A stretch of 64,000 nt of DNA from Acidobacteriota bacterium (GTDB taxonomy: Bacteria; Acidobacteriota; Terriglobia; Acidiferrales; UBA7541). The notes beneath the pieces were generated by a model. The model worked only from the letters and a program-made list of their open reading frames with translations. It did not search any database and had not been told where the DNA came from. A program made the translations under genes and the position numbers. The stretch lies in NCBI GenBank assembly GCA_027307115.1, contig DAHUXN010000083.1, positions 2,775 through 66,774 on the forward strand, written 5' to 3'. Positions within the stretch are counted from its first letter, which is position 1; each line of letters opens with the position of its first letter. This document shows positions 33,650-44,553 of this stretch, piece after piece.

Positions 33650-35218
33650 ATGGCGAAACGGCCAAAACCAATTGTGCTGACCGTGCTCGACGGCTGGGGC
33701 TATTCGCCGGAGACCAACGGCAACGCCATCGCGCTCGCGCGCAAACCAAATTACGACGCGCTGCTCAAGAAATTCCCGAATGTTTTGATCAATACTTCCG
33801 GTCCGTTTGTCGGATTGCCCGAAGGCCAGATGGGCAACAGCGAAGTCGGCCACTTGAACATGGGCGCGGGCCGCATCGTGCAAATGGATATCACCCGCCT
33901 CGATATGAAAATCGCGTCCGGCGAATTTTTCAAGGAGCCGTTGCTGCTCGACGCGATGCAGCGCGGCCGCACTCATCAATTACATTTGATGGGCCTGGTC
34001 AGTGACGGCGGCGTGCATTCGCATATCAATCATCTGTACGCGCTGTTACGCATGGCGAAAGAGAATAAAGTCGAGCGCGTCTTCGTCCACGCCTTCATGG
34101 ACGGCCGCGACACGCCGCCGAATTCAGGCATCGAGTTCTTGCAGCAGCTCCAAAAGAAGATGCGCGAGCTGGGTGTCGGCGAAATCGCGACTGTCAGCGG
34201 CCGCTATTACGCGATGGATCGCGACAATCGTTGGGAACGCATCGAGCGCGCCTATCGCGCTATCGTGCACGGCGATTCGCAGGCGAAATTCGACGACCCG
34301 ATTGCGGCCATGCGGGCGAGCTATGAAAAACTTGTCACCGACGAATTCGTTGTGCCCGCGGTGATCACGACAAAGGCAGTCCCCGGCAAGCCTGCCGCGC
34401 CGCGCGCCGTGATTCGCGACGATGATGCAGTGATCTTCTTCAATTTCCGCGCTGACCGCGCACGTCAAATGACGCGCGCTCTCGCGGAGCCCGACTTCAA
34501 GGAATTCGCGGATCCCCAGCGACCGACAAATCTCTGCTATGTTGCGATGACGCAATATGAAAAAACTTGGCCGTGGCTGCGCTACATTCAGGGGCCCGAA
34601 AAGCTGGAGCATATTCTCGCGCAAGTCTTCGGCGAAATGGGTTTCAGAAACTTACGTTGCGCGGAGACAGAGAAATACGCACACGTCACTTATTTTTTCA
34701 ACGGCGGCATCGAAAAGGCGTTTCCCGGCGAGGAGCGCATCCTCGTGCCTTCGTCCAAAGTCCCCACGTATGATTTGCAACCGGAGATGTCTGCCGCCGG
34801 CGTGGCGAATGCGGTCATAAAGGCAATCGAGAAGGGCGAGTTCGACGCCATCATCATGAATTTCGCCAATGCGGACATGGTCGGGCACACGGGAAAACTT
34901 GAAGCGACGATCAAAGCGGTCGAGACCGTTGACGAATGTTTGGGACGCATTTACAAGTCCCTCTCGCCTCGCGGCGGCGCATGGATTATCACGGCCGACC
35001 ACGGCAACGCGGAGACAATGATCGATCCCGTCACGGGCGGCCCGCACACGTATCACACCACGAATCCTGTGCCCTTCATTTTGCTATCGGAGGACAATCA
35101 CGCGCGCTTGCGTCCCGGCGGTTCCTTGCGAGACATCGCGCCCACGCTCCTCGCCATCCTGGATATTCCCGTGCCAAAGGAAATGACTGGCCGCGACCTG
35201 CGCGCATCTTCGAAATGA
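33650..35218 (+). CDS. gpmI: 2,3-bisphosphoglycerate-independent phosphoglycerate mutase
   Basis: [13 protein letters not shown]...[21 protein letters not shown]...[13 protein letters not shown]...ITADHGNAE. Confidence 0.95.
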   Translation: MAKRPKPIVLTVLDGWGYSPETNGNAIALARKPNYDALLKKFPNVLINTSGPFVGLPEGQMGNSEVGHLNMGAGRIVQMDITRLDMKIASGEFFKEPLLLDAMQRGRTHQLHLMGLVSDGGVHSHINHLYALLRMAKENKVERVFVHAFMDGRDTPPNSGIEFLQQLQKKMRELGVGEIATVSGRYYAMDRDNRWERIERAYRAIVHGDSQAKFDDPIAAMRASYEKLVTDEFVVPAVITTKAVPGKPAAPRAVIRDDDAVIFFNFRADRARQMTRALAEPDFKEFADPQRPTNLCYVAMTQYEKTWPWLRYIQGPEKLEHILAQVFGEMGFRNLRCAETEKYAHVTYFFNGGIEKAFPGEERILVPSSKVPTYDLQPEMSAAGVANAVIKAIEKGEFDAIIMNFANADMVGHTGKLEATIKAVETVDECLGRIYKSLSPRGGAWIITADHGNAETMIDPVTGGPHTYHTTNPVPFILLSEDNHARLRPGGSLRDIAPTLLAILDIPVPKEMTGRDLRASSK

Positions 35219-35240
35219 CGTCCAACCCGCGTGAAAATCC

Positions 35241-36248
35241 ATGAACAGACCGGCGCCTAAAGATACCAAGCTCCTAATTTGCGTTTGGCATGCGTTCACG
35301 CTATGGCGCCCGCCGCAGGATATGGATGCGCGAATCACGCGGCGTTGGCCGGACTTGAAAGTGGTCCATTTGCCGGGCTACGAGCACGTAATCGACGAAC
35401 TGCCGGACACAGATATTTTGGTCGGCTACTCATTGCGTCGCGATCAGTTTGCGCAGGCAAAAAAACTGAAATGGATTCACTCCACTGCTGCAGGAGTGGG
35501 GCAACTGATGTATCCGGAGCTTCGGCGGAGCAGCATTGTGTTGACCAACGCGGGCGGAGTACACGCCGTTCCCATGGCCGAGCATTTGCTGGGCACGATC
35601 ATCGCGCTGGCGCGGCGTTTTTCAGACGCGATGCGCTACCAGGCGCAGAGCCATTGGGCCCAGCAGGAATTATGGGACGCGAAGCCGCGGCCGTTCGAAC
35701 TGGACGGGCGAGTGCTGCTCATCGTTGGTTTTGGCGCCACGGGACGCGAACTCGCGCGCCGCATCCAGCCGCTCGGGATGAGAATCTGGGGCATGACGCG
35801 TTCGGGACGCGGCGACGCGCAACTCGCCGAACGGATTCTCCCAGCGGGAGAACTTGCGAACGCGCTGCCGCAAGCGGATTTCGTGGTGCTCGCCGCACCG
35901 GAAACTCCAGAAACCCGTCAAATGATCGGAGCGAAGGAATTCGCGCTGATGAAGCGTGAGGCCTATCTAATCAACGTGGCGCGCGGCACTCTGGTGGATC
36001 AGGCGGCGCTGGCAGAGGCCCTGCGAGCTCGCACAATCGCAGGCGCAGCCATCGACGTCGCCGAAGAAGAGCCGTTGCCGCCGGAGAGCCCGCTGTGGAA
36101 GCTCGACAACATTTTCATTACTCCGCACGTGAGCGCGGTGACGGAACGCATGTGGACACGCCAGATGGACTTGCTGATGGAAAATCTGGAGAGATGGTTC
36201 GACGGGCGGGAACTCATCAATCAAGTTGATCTTCAGCGTGGATACTGA
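35241..36248 (+). CDS. D-isomer-specific 2-hydroxyacid dehydrogenase family protein
   Basis: LLIVGFGATGRELARRIQPLGMRIWGMTRS...LINVARGTLVDQAALAEAL...AAIDVAEEEPLP...ITPHVSA. Confidence 0.85.
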   Translation: MNRPAPKDTKLLICVWHAFTLWRPPQDMDARITRRWPDLKVVHLPGYEHVIDELPDTDILVGYSLRRDQFAQAKKLKWIHSTAAGVGQLMYPELRRSSIVLTNAGGVHAVPMAEHLLGTIIALARRFSDAMRYQAQSHWAQQELWDAKPRPFELDGRVLLIVGFGATGRELARRIQPLGMRIWGMTRSGRGDAQLAERILPAGELANALPQADFVVLAAPETPETRQMIGAKEFALMKREAYLINVARGTLVDQAALAEALRARTIAGAAIDVAEEEPLPPESPLWKLDNIFITPHVSAVTERMWTRQMDLLMENLERWFDGRELINQVDLQRGY

Positions 36249-36295
36249 AGCAACTCTACTCTGTCTTCATTCTTCCTGCGGCGCGATTCCTATTT

Positions 36296-37333
36296 CTAGT
36301 CTCCGGTTTCGGCCTTCGCCGCCAGGTATCCTTCGCGTGCGTAGACCACCACCTTTTTCGCTTTACCCTTCTTGTTTGCAACCATCAGCGGCTCGCCTTT
36401 ATCGTCCACCACTTCCACTTTGATCTTGTGATACTTGCCATCGCGCGCGGATTCCGGCGGGACGTAGCCAAGCGAATATTGATTGCGCAGGAATTCGACC
36501 ACGGAATTGAAAATATCGGGCATTTCGCCTTCGAAGCGTGGAAACCAGGCATAGCCGCCCGTAAGTCTTCCGAAATAGTTCATTTCGTTTTTCTGCTGAA
36601 GATAGCCGACGGACTCGCCGTTCGGATTGGCGACTTCCAGCATTTCCGCGGCCCCCACGCTGAAGACCGTGACGTTGGTCTGCTTCAGCACGTTGTAGGT
36701 TTGGTCGAGTGTGTGCTTGCTGAACGTATCAGCTCCGGTGCCAACCAACAGAATCGCTTTTTTGCCCTGAACGTCTTTCAGACGATTGATCGTATCGATC
36801 AGTGCGTCAAACGTATTCGCTTCGCTGAAGCCCGGAAAGTACAGGCTCATGATTGCGTTTTGGACTTCTTGTTTGTTGTGCGTGAAGTCCACCAGAATAT
36901 GGGGCTTCAGATCAAACGTGACCACGGCGATCCAGTCCTTTGGGCCGAGATGCTCGGCGAAGCCATACGCCAAATACTTCGAGTAATACGCAAAGATGCC
37001 GCCGAAACGCGCGCTGAACTCGAGCAGAAGGACGATGGTAATCGGCGCATCATTCGGCTGGAAATTCGTGACCGGGACGGGCTGATTATTATCGAGGATG
37101 CGGAAATTCCCCTGCTTCAACCCCGTGATGATGTTGCCGTCCTGGTCGGTGACCACCGTGTTCACTTGCACCAACTGCGATTGCACGGTGATGGAATATT
37201 GCGGCTGTTGCTGTTGCGGTTGAGCCGGCGGCTTTTGCTGGCCCGGTATTTGTGCCAGAACGTTTGCCGGCACGATTAGCGCGGCCGTGACGGCCGCAAT
37301 GACAACCCAGCGCAGCACCGCGTTCTGTCGCAT
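36296..37333 (-). CDS. VWA-domain protein of the 'VWFA-related acidobacterial domain' type, secreted
   Basis: From ATG 37333: MRQNAVLRWVVIAAVTAALIVPANVLAQ (signal peptide), then SITVQSQLVQVNTVVTDQDGNIITGLKQGNFRILDNNQPVPVTNFQ...PITIVLLLEFS... Confidence 0.7.
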   Translation of the reverse strand: MRQNAVLRWVVIAAVTAALIVPANVLAQIPGQQKPPAQPQQQQPQYSITVQSQLVQVNTVVTDQDGNIITGLKQGNFRILDNNQPVPVTNFQPNDAPITIVLLLEFSARFGGIFAYYSKYLAYGFAEHLGPKDWIAVVTFDLKPHILVDFTHNKQEVQNAIMSLYFPGFSEANTFDALIDTINRLKDVQGKKAILLVGTGADTFSKHTLDQTYNVLKQTNVTVFSVGAAEMLEVANPNGESVGYLQQKNEMNYFGRLTGGYAWFPRFEGEMPDIFNSVVEFLRNQYSLGYVPPESARDGKYHKIKVEVVDDKGEPLMVANKKGKAKKVVVYAREGYLAAKAETGD

Positions 37334-37481
37334 GAACTGAAGCCTCCGTGCACGATTGGATGTAAGAACACGTCGCGGGGATGGTCGATTCTTTAGCCAC
37401 AGACCTTTGCCGTCCACCGCAGTCGGCGAAATCGCCATGATAGTATGAACTCGGCGTTCGTGCTGAAGATTTACCGCACTT

Positions 37482-38939
37482 ATGGAGATTCGGATGCGAT
37501 GGAAGCCTGGAGTTGTCTTCGCCCTCATTCTGCTTGCCGGCGCCGCTGAAACTGCATTTGCTCAAGCGCAGCCTTTGCAAACGCAACCGCAAGCCGGAGC
37601 GGCGGATTTTGAAAAATTGTATATCGATGCTTTGGGCTGGCTGCAAGGAATGATTCGCATCGACACCACAAATCCGCCCGGCAACGAAATGGCTGCGGCG
37701 AAATATCTCGCGGACATTCTGCGGAAAGAAGGAATACCCGCGGAGACTTACGAAAGCACGCCCGGGCGCGGGATTTTGATTGCGCGCCTCTCGGCAAATT
37801 CGATGCCGGATCCATCACGCGCCCTGCTGCTGTTGGGGCATCTGGATGTCGTGGGCGTCGACAGGTCGAAATGGCAGGTCGATCCGTTTGGCGCCGTGAT
37901 TCAAAACGGGTATCTCTACGGCCGCGGCGCGATTGACGACAAGGGCATGACCATCGCCAACGTCGCTGTGATGGTCGCGTTGAAACGTTCCAACATGCGT
38001 CTGACCCGCGACGTCATTTTGCTCGCCGAAGGCGACGAAGAACAGGGCGGCCAGGCGGGAATGAAATTTGCCTTGGACAAATACTGGGAGAAAATCGCCG
38101 CCGGATACTCCCTGAACGAAGGCGGCCGCGCAATTCTAAAGAATGGCAAGGTGCAATATGTCGGCGTGCAAGCGGCGGAAAAAGTGCCGGTGGACGTCAC
38201 CGTGACGGCCACGGGAACGTCGGGACACGGATCAGTCCCGGTGCCGGATAACGCCATCGTGCGGCTCTCCGACGCGATCGGCAAAATTGCGGCATACCAA
38301 ACGCCGTATCAGCTCACGCCCGTAACGGAGACTTATTTCGAGCAACTCTCGACGGTCATCGATCCTGAGATCGGAAAATGGATGCGCGCGCTCGACAATC
38401 CGGTGCGCTCGGACTTGGCGCAGAAAAAAATTTCTGAAGCGAGCCCCGTCTGGAATTCCATGATGCGCGACACGATTGCTCCGACGATGTTGAACGCAGG
38501 CATCCGGCCAAACGTGGTGCCTTCCGAAGCGCAAGCGACGTTGAATGTTCGCCTGCTCCCCGGAAATTCAATCGACGGTCTGCTGCTCAACTTGAAAAAC
38601 ATCGTCAACGATCCCAAGGTTGCATTTCACGCAGATACGTCGGTTGGCGAAGCGGCCCCGTCCTCATCTCTCGACAGCGAATTGTTCAAGACGATCCAGC
38701 AGGCCACGCAGGAGGAATTTCCCGGCGTGCCTGTGGTGCCCATGATGTCCACGGGCGCGACCGATTCCGCGTATCTGCGGTTGCGCAATGTTCAAGCGTA
38801 TGGGCTGCTGCCGTTTCCGCTTACCGAGGAAGACACGCTGCGAATGCACGCGGACAATGAGCGTATTCCGCTCGATTCGTTTCGCAAGGGAATTGAATTT
38901 CTCTACCGCGTGGTCAGCGATTTCGCGGTGGCAAAATAA
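37482..38939 (+). CDS. secreted M20-family metallopeptidase
   Basis: Signal peptide VVFALILLAGAAETAFAQA. M20 motifs LLLGHLDVVGVD..W..DPF and YGRGAIDDKG. Confidence 0.85.
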   Translation: MEIRMRWKPGVVFALILLAGAAETAFAQAQPLQTQPQAGAADFEKLYIDALGWLQGMIRIDTTNPPGNEMAAAKYLADILRKEGIPAETYESTPGRGILIARLSANSMPDPSRALLLLGHLDVVGVDRSKWQVDPFGAVIQNGYLYGRGAIDDKGMTIANVAVMVALKRSNMRLTRDVILLAEGDEEQGGQAGMKFALDKYWEKIAAGYSLNEGGRAILKNGKVQYVGVQAAEKVPVDVTVTATGTSGHGSVPVPDNAIVRLSDAIGKIAAYQTPYQLTPVTETYFEQLSTVIDPEIGKWMRALDNPVRSDLAQKKISEASPVWNSMMRDTIAPTMLNAGIRPNVVPSEAQATLNVRLLPGNSIDGLLLNLKNIVNDPKVAFHADTSVGEAAPSSSLDSELFKTIQQATQEEFPGVPVVPMMSTGATDSAYLRLRNVQAYGLLPFPLTEEDTLRMHADNERIPLDSFRKGIEFLYRVVSDFAVAK

Positions 38940-38955
38940 ACTTCAGCGAACCCAA

Positions 38956-39735
38956 TTAATTGACCCAATTGTCCGGCGGCGGGGGAGGCTCATCGCGGTG
39001 GCGCTTCTGGTAGACCTCGAACTTGCGCAGCATCCGCCGGCGTTTCCAATCGGAAACACGATTACGGTAGGAGTAAAGATATGATCCTCTTCGCAGATAC
39101 AGGTAGCCCACGAGCATGCCGCCAAGATGGCAGACGTGGCTGACGTTGTCTCCGCCGGCGCCCAGCGTGCCAAAAAACTCGATCACCACCATGATCCCAA
39201 CATAGACGCGCATCGAGATCGCCACGGGAAACGGAATCAGCAGAACGCGCATCTCCGGAAACAAAACGGCCGCCGCAATCAGCACGCCGTAGATCGCTCC
39301 GGACGCACCAATTGTCGGAATCGTCGAAGTACCCAGGCCGTGCGGATCCATAATCGTCTTCACGATCACGTTGATAACGCCGGCGCCGATGCCGCAAAGG
39401 AAATAATAAATGTAGAACCGTCGCTGACCCCACACCCGCTCGACGCTGCGTCCAAACATCCACAGCACAAACATGTTGATCAGGATGTGCCAGACGCCTT
39501 CATGCAGAAAAAGATAGGTAAATGGCTGCCAAATGAAGCCATGAATCGCATACCTCGGCACCAAACCGAAATACAAGAGCCAGAAATTCCATCCAGCCGG
39601 ACCAAAAAACACGCGAGACAATTCCTGAGCAAGGAAAACCGCCGCGGAGGCTAAAATCAGGAACTTGATCGCAGGCGTGATGGACCAGTCCCAGTCGAAC
39701 TGAAAGCCGGAAGTGCTTGTGGAATAACGACGCAT
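38956..39735 (-). CDS. rhomboid-family intramembrane serine protease
   Basis: HILINMFVLWMFG...IGASGAIYGVL...HLGGMLVGYLY. ATG 39735 is preferred; the track's start is 39837. Confidence 0.85.
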   Translation of the reverse strand: MRRYSTSTSGFQFDWDWSITPAIKFLILASAAVFLAQELSRVFFGPAGWNFWLLYFGLVPRYAIHGFIWQPFTYLFLHEGVWHILINMFVLWMFGRSVERVWGQRRFYIYYFLCGIGAGVINVIVKTIMDPHGLGTSTIPTIGASGAIYGVLIAAAVLFPEMRVLLIPFPVAISMRVYVGIMVVIEFFGTLGAGGDNVSHVCHLGGMLVGYLYLRRGSYLYSYRNRVSDWKRRRMLRKFEVYQKRHRDEPPPPPDNWVN

Positions 39736-40012
39736 ATTGGCCAAATCAGTGTAAGCGGCAAAAGCCGCGGAGTCAAAACGGGCCGAAGCTGAGAGGGAAA
39801 ACTGACTCAAAAAAGGCAAAAAGGGAGGCTCTTTCAAAAGGCCTTATACTGAACAGAGGTGTCAGTCTAGTTGCTCAAAGAGTTAATACGCTGGTGCCCC
39901 CCCCGAGGCCACCCTGCGCTCAATTTGGCCGCTCTTCGTTGGCGACTGCCACTTCGATTGCAGTCTTAGGCGATGGCACTGCGGCACCCCGGCTCTATCG
40001 CGGGGAATTTCT

Positions 40013-42181
40013 TCACTCCATCTTGCGTCGCGCGAAATAGTATTGGGTGCCGCCGAGGATCGCGAACATCAGTACTGCGAAAATGCGATTGCCGGCGAGC
40101 GCGCCCAGAACTTGCGGGCCGATATGCAGGAAATGCTCCGGCAGAAAGTGATATTTGAAATTGGGGTCGCCAAAAAGATAAATCACAATTCCGAGAAGGC
40201 CAAAAATTCCTCCTCCTGCGATTAATCCGCTGGCGTAAAGAGGCCCAGGGCCGATTTCGCTGCCGGCAGCGCTCTTGTCTTTCGCTCCGCGCTCGACGAG
40301 CCAGTGCACCACTCCTCCCGCAAAAATTGCCATGGTGGTATCAATCGGCAGATACGCGCCCACGGCAAACGGCAGCGAGCGTATGCCGAGCAGTTCAATC
40401 GCGATAACCAGGAACACGCCGACCAACACCAGCCGCCACGGAAGCTGGCGTTGCAAAATCCCGTTGATGACTGTGGCCATCAAGCGCGCTTGGGGAGCGG
40501 ACGCCTTCTCGCTTCCGATGCCGTGGATCCACTGAATATCGATCTCGTGCGCTGTTGGATCGTAAAGATAGTTGCCGTCGGGCACCACGTGCGAGCCGAT
40601 GGCGTTCAGCAGCACATAATTTTTCCCGGCGTGAGTAAAACTTTGCTGCTGCACGCTAACGCCCGACGGCAGTTGGCTAATGTTCAGCGCGATGTGCGCG
40701 GGCTTGTACTCCTCGAGTCCCACGTTCATCAAATTCAGCGTAGCGCCCACCGCAAACACGGAAACCATCACGCCAATCATCAGCGCAAGTTGCTGCTTCG
40801 CCGGAGTCGCGCCCACCAGATAACCTGTTTTCAAGTCCTGCGAAGTCCCGCCGGCATTCGACGACGCGATGCACACCACGCCGCCAATCGTCAGCGCCAG
40901 CACTGAAAACGCGCTCCCCGTCCACCCCAACACGAGAAACACCGCGGTTGTCGCCATCAGCGTGGCGATCGCCATCCCGCTGATCGGATTCGACGAATTG
41001 CCGATCAGCCCGCATATCCGCGACGACACCGTGACAAACAAAAATCCGAACACCACCACAAATACTGCCGCAATGAAATTCTGAAAGATTGTCGTGGCCG
41101 CTCCCGGAATGGGGCGGAAAGTCAGCAGCGCCCACATCATCGCAATAATCGCCAAGGATCCAAGCACGACTACTTTCATTGAAAAGTCGCGGTCCACGCG
41201 GCGCATCGCTGTGTTCACAGCGCCCATCGCGCGGCTTTCGCGCATATCTTTCAGTCCGGCGGCCAGCGCGGAGACGATCGTCGGCATCGTCTTGATCAGC
41301 GTGATCACACCCGCCGCAGCCACGGCGCCCGCGCCCATCGGACGAATATACGAGCGGTACAAGTCATCGGGTGACATCTGCCCGATGGGAATCAGTCCCG
41401 GGAAAAGAGGCTGGGTCATCAACCCGCCAAAAAATTTTATCGCCGGCATCAGCACCAGCCACGAAAAAACACCTCCGGCAAAAATCACACCCGCGATCCG
41501 CGGCCCGATAATGTACCCGACGCCCAGATATTCCGGCGTGATGTTCGCGCGGAACGACGCGCCCGGCAGCCAACTCGGCTGATACTCCGGCGTGTCGCGC
41601 CAGAGCCCCATCGTCTCCATCAAAAACGCATACGCGCCACCGAGCCCAAATCCCCAAAAAACGCGGCTCGCGAACGACCCGCCTTTGTCTCCGGCCACCA
41701 GCACGTCCGCGCACGCCGTACCTTCGGGATACAACAGCGCCCCATGCTCCTTGACGATTAATTGGCGTCGCAACGGAATCATGAACAAGACGCCCAGCCA
41801 TCCGCCCAGCAGCGCCAGAAAAAACACGCTCCAGTATTCCAGCGGGAAGCCCAGAAAAATCAGCGCGGGAAGCGTGAAAATCACGCCACCCGCAATCGAT
41901 TCGCCCGCCGAGCCTGTTGTCTGCACGATATTATTTTCGAGGACCGTCGCTTTACCGAACGCGCGAAGAATGCTGATGGAAAGCACAGCAATGGGAATCG
42001 ATGCGGATACCGTCAGCCCGGCGCGCAGCCCGACGTAAACCGTGATCGCGCCGAAAAACAATCCCGCGAAAATCCCCAGGACAATGGCACGCCCGGTGAA
42101 CTCCGGAATCACTTTCTCGGAAGGAATATAAGGATGGAACTCACCCGGCGGTGCTATTGAACTCCACGGTTTGGACGCCAC
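40013..42181 (-). CDS. OPT-family oligopeptide transporter
   Basis: 722-aa polytopic membrane protein. The N-terminus PYIPSEKVIPEFTGRAIVLGIFAGLFFGAITVYVGLRAGLTVSASIP... is typical of bacterial OPT transporters. Confidence 0.85.
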   Translation of the reverse strand: MASKPWSSIAPPGEFHPYIPSEKVIPEFTGRAIVLGIFAGLFFGAITVYVGLRAGLTVSASIPIAVLSISILRAFGKATVLENNIVQTTGSAGESIAGGVIFTLPALIFLGFPLEYWSVFFLALLGGWLGVLFMIPLRRQLIVKEHGALLYPEGTACADVLVAGDKGGSFASRVFWGFGLGGAYAFLMETMGLWRDTPEYQPSWLPGASFRANITPEYLGVGYIIGPRIAGVIFAGGVFSWLVLMPAIKFFGGLMTQPLFPGLIPIGQMSPDDLYRSYIRPMGAGAVAAAGVITLIKTMPTIVSALAAGLKDMRESRAMGAVNTAMRRVDRDFSMKVVVLGSLAIIAMMWALLTFRPIPGAATTIFQNFIAAVFVVVFGFLFVTVSSRICGLIGNSSNPISGMAIATLMATTAVFLVLGWTGSAFSVLALTIGGVVCIASSNAGGTSQDLKTGYLVGATPAKQQLALMIGVMVSVFAVGATLNLMNVGLEEYKPAHIALNISQLPSGVSVQQQSFTHAGKNYVLLNAIGSHVVPDGNYLYDPTAHEIDIQWIHGIGSEKASAPQARLMATVINGILQRQLPWRLVLVGVFLVIAIELLGIRSLPFAVGAYLPIDTTMAIFAGGVVHWLVERGAKDKSAAGSEIGPGPLYASGLIAGGGIFGLLGIVIYLFGDPNFKYHFLPEHFLHIGPQVLGALAGNRIFAVLMFAILGGTQYYFARRKME

Positions 42182-42429
42182 GCGTTACCTCCGAGGCTTG
42201 GGCGGCAGCACGAGTCGCAAGCATGCGCAGAATGCTTTGCGACGAAGAATTTCCGCCGTCAGTGGCTTATTTACAGCAAAGCCACCAAAACGCACCGCAA
42301 GGTAGCATTAGATAGCGCAGGAGGCAAGCAACTCGGACGAAAAGCTCCAGAAATAGGCAATTTGCGCGCTAGCCCAGTAGTCCTATTGATTTCTCCGAAA
42401 CGAAACTCCAAAGTATACCCACAAACCGA

Positions 42430-42458
42430 TTGACATCTTATCGCTGCACGGATAGCGT
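42430..42458 (+). promoter_or_regulatory. candidate sigma70-like promoter (TTGACA-17 nt-TAGCGT)
   Basis: TTGACA at 42430-42435 and TAGCGT at 42453-42458, about 105 nt upstream of ATG 42565. Pattern match only. Confidence 0.25.
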
Positions 42459-42564
42459 AGCCGTCAAGTTATCAGGAAGTACGGCTCATTGGGGTGTGCC
42501 GGCTCCGACAGGAAGCATCAAGTCGCGTTCAAAACGTGCTCCGATTTCACGCGTGGAGTGTGCC

Positions 42565-44553
42565 ATGGCCTTAACACAGCGAGTATTGTCCGCAGGTCTC
42601 CTTTTCCTGACGATCTGTCTGCTGACGGCTTTCCCGCCTGCCACACGAGCCGGCGGTGATGAGTGGCTGCCCATCAATCCGGCCGACCTCGCGCTGAAGG
42701 ACAATCCCGCGAGCCTGGGATCGAATGCCATGATCCTCTATCGCGAGGAGGCCGTGGACGATTTGCATCACTTCGAATCCGAATACTTCCGAATCAAGAT
42801 ATTCACGGACGCGGGTAAGAAATCCGCGGACGTCGAGATTCCTTACTCAAGAGGTATGGAAAGCGTGACGGACGTGCGCGCGCGAACGATTCTTCCCAGC
42901 GGTTCGATCGTCGACTTTTCCGGAAACGTTTACGACAAAGTGGTGGTTAAGGCAGGGGGAGTCAAAATCTACGAGAGAACGTTTAGTCTTCCTGACGTCC
43001 AGCCGGGCTGCATCATTGAATATAAATACAAGGTGCCATTCGATCCAGGATCTTACTTCTCCGTGATGAAATGGGACGTGCAGGAAGATCTTTATCTCAG
43101 GGAGGGCAAATTCACTTTTGTTCCCCTGGATGATCTCCAACAGACCGGCTATCAGTATTTTGCATGGCGGACACTATTCTTGCCTCCCACCGCGCGGCCT
43201 CAAAAACAGGGCAACGGCAGTTTTATTCTGAGCGTGCATGACATTCCAGGATTGGCCGATGAGCCCTATTCAGTGCCGAAAGACATGCTTCGAAGCCGCG
43301 TCGAGTTCTATTACACGCAGCAGAGCAAGGAATCTCCCGACCAATTCTGGAAGCGCACCGGAAAAGATTGGGGCAAGAAGCTCGATTCCTTCGTCAATAA
43401 AAAGGGCGCGCTCGAAAACGATTTGGCGGCCACCATCCATCCGAACGATCCGCCCGAAACCAAGCTTCGCGAAATCTATTCCCGCGTGCAGAAAATCCGC
43501 AATCTTTCATTCGAGCCAACTAAAACAGCCCAGGAAGAAAAGCGCGAGAAGATTGTTGTCAACGCAAATGTGCAGGACGTTCTAAAACACGGTTATGGGA
43601 CCTGGCAAGACATCAACTCTCTCTACGTCGGTCTGGCTCGCGCCGCGGGATTCGATGCGACTCTTGTATACGTCGCTCCTCGCGATCGGACGTTGTTTTT
43701 GCCGGCCTATGAGGACACGGGCGAGCTTCAAGTCAACCTCGTCGACGTCAAATTGGGATCGCAGGACGTTTATCTGGATCCAAGCTCGCCGCAATATCCT
43801 TATGGTCTGATCCCCTGGTATGAGAATGCAGTAAATGGAGTGCGAGCGGACAAAAATGGAGGAGAATTAGTCTCCATCCCGCCGGAAGACGACACTCGAG
43901 CTCAGATTCTCCGCCATGCGAATTTCCGTCTGAATCCGGACGCCTCGCTCTCCGGGAATATCATAGTCGATTTCGCGGGCCAGGAAGGTGCAGCTTGGAG
44001 GTCTAGCGATCGGAATGATGACGATACAGGCCGCCGCAAGGATATGCACGACGAGATTAAGAGTTGGTTGCCGTCAAATGCCACCTTTACCATCACCAAA
44101 TTCACCGATTGGGATGACAACGCGAAGCCCATCCATATTGAGGGAACCGTGAACATCCCGAGCGACAACACTCGCGCGCTTGGACGAATTATCTTGCCGT
44201 TGTCTCTGATTCAGTCCCAGGTAGCTCGCTCGTTTACCTCAGCGCAGCGTGTGAACGACATCTATTTTCATTATCCCTATCAGGAAGAAGATGACACGTC
44301 AATCCAGCTTCCGACCGGGTACAAAGTCGAGAGCTTTCCAAAAGTGACCACCATCCCGCAGGGCGCGATTCAATATTCGATTGGCGGCAGCGCCCAGGGC
44401 GACACAGTGCATTTGACTCGCAAGCTCGTTGTGAACGGAATCGAGTTTCCAGCGAACAAATACCCGATCGTGCGGGCCATTTTCGATGCGGTGAAGACGG
44501 GTGATGCGAATGACATGGTTCTCGAGGCAACCAGTGCAGCGCAACACAACTAA
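42565..44553 (+). CDS. secreted DUF3857-like protein with a transglutaminase-like core lacking the catalytic Cys
   Basis: Signal peptide MALTQRVLSAGLLFLTICLLTAFPPATRA. The core region reads KHGYGTWQDINSLYVGLARAAGFDATLVYV (Trp where the paralog has Cys). Confidence 0.6.
   Translation: MALTQRVLSAGLLFLTICLLTAFPPATRAGGDEWLPINPADLALKDNPASLGSNAMILYREEAVDDLHHFESEYFRIKIFTDAGKKSADVEIPYSRGMESVTDVRARTILPSGSIVDFSGNVYDKVVVKAGGVKIYERTFSLPDVQPGCIIEYKYKVPFDPGSYFSVMKWDVQEDLYLREGKFTFVPLDDLQQTGYQYFAWRTLFLPPTARPQKQGNGSFILSVHDIPGLADEPYSVPKDMLRSRVEFYYTQQSKESPDQFWKRTGKDWGKKLDSFVNKKGALENDLAATIHPNDPPETKLREIYSRVQKIRNLSFEPTKTAQEEKREKIVVNANVQDVLKHGYGTWQDINSLYVGLARAAGFDATLVYVAPRDRTLFLPAYEDTGELQVNLVDVKLGSQDVYLDPSSPQYPYGLIPWYENAVNGVRADKNGGELVSIPPEDDTRAQILRHANFRLNPDASLSGNIIVDFAGQEGAAWRSSDRNDDDTGRRKDMHDEIKSWLPSNATFTITKFTDWDDNAKPIHIEGTVNIPSDNTRALGRIILPLSLIQSQVARSFTSAQRVNDIYFHYPYQEEDDTSIQLPTGYKVESFPKVTTIPQGAIQYSIGGSAQGDTVHLTRKLVVNGIEFPANKYPIVRAIFDAVKTGDANDMVLEATSAAQHN

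Noticed and set aside
35279-35959. 226-aa ORF in an alternative plus-strand frame within the 2-hydroxyacid dehydrogenase gene.
   Set aside because: It has Arg/Ala-rich nonsense composition, while the 35241 frame carries the GxGxxG NAD-binding and catalytic motifs.
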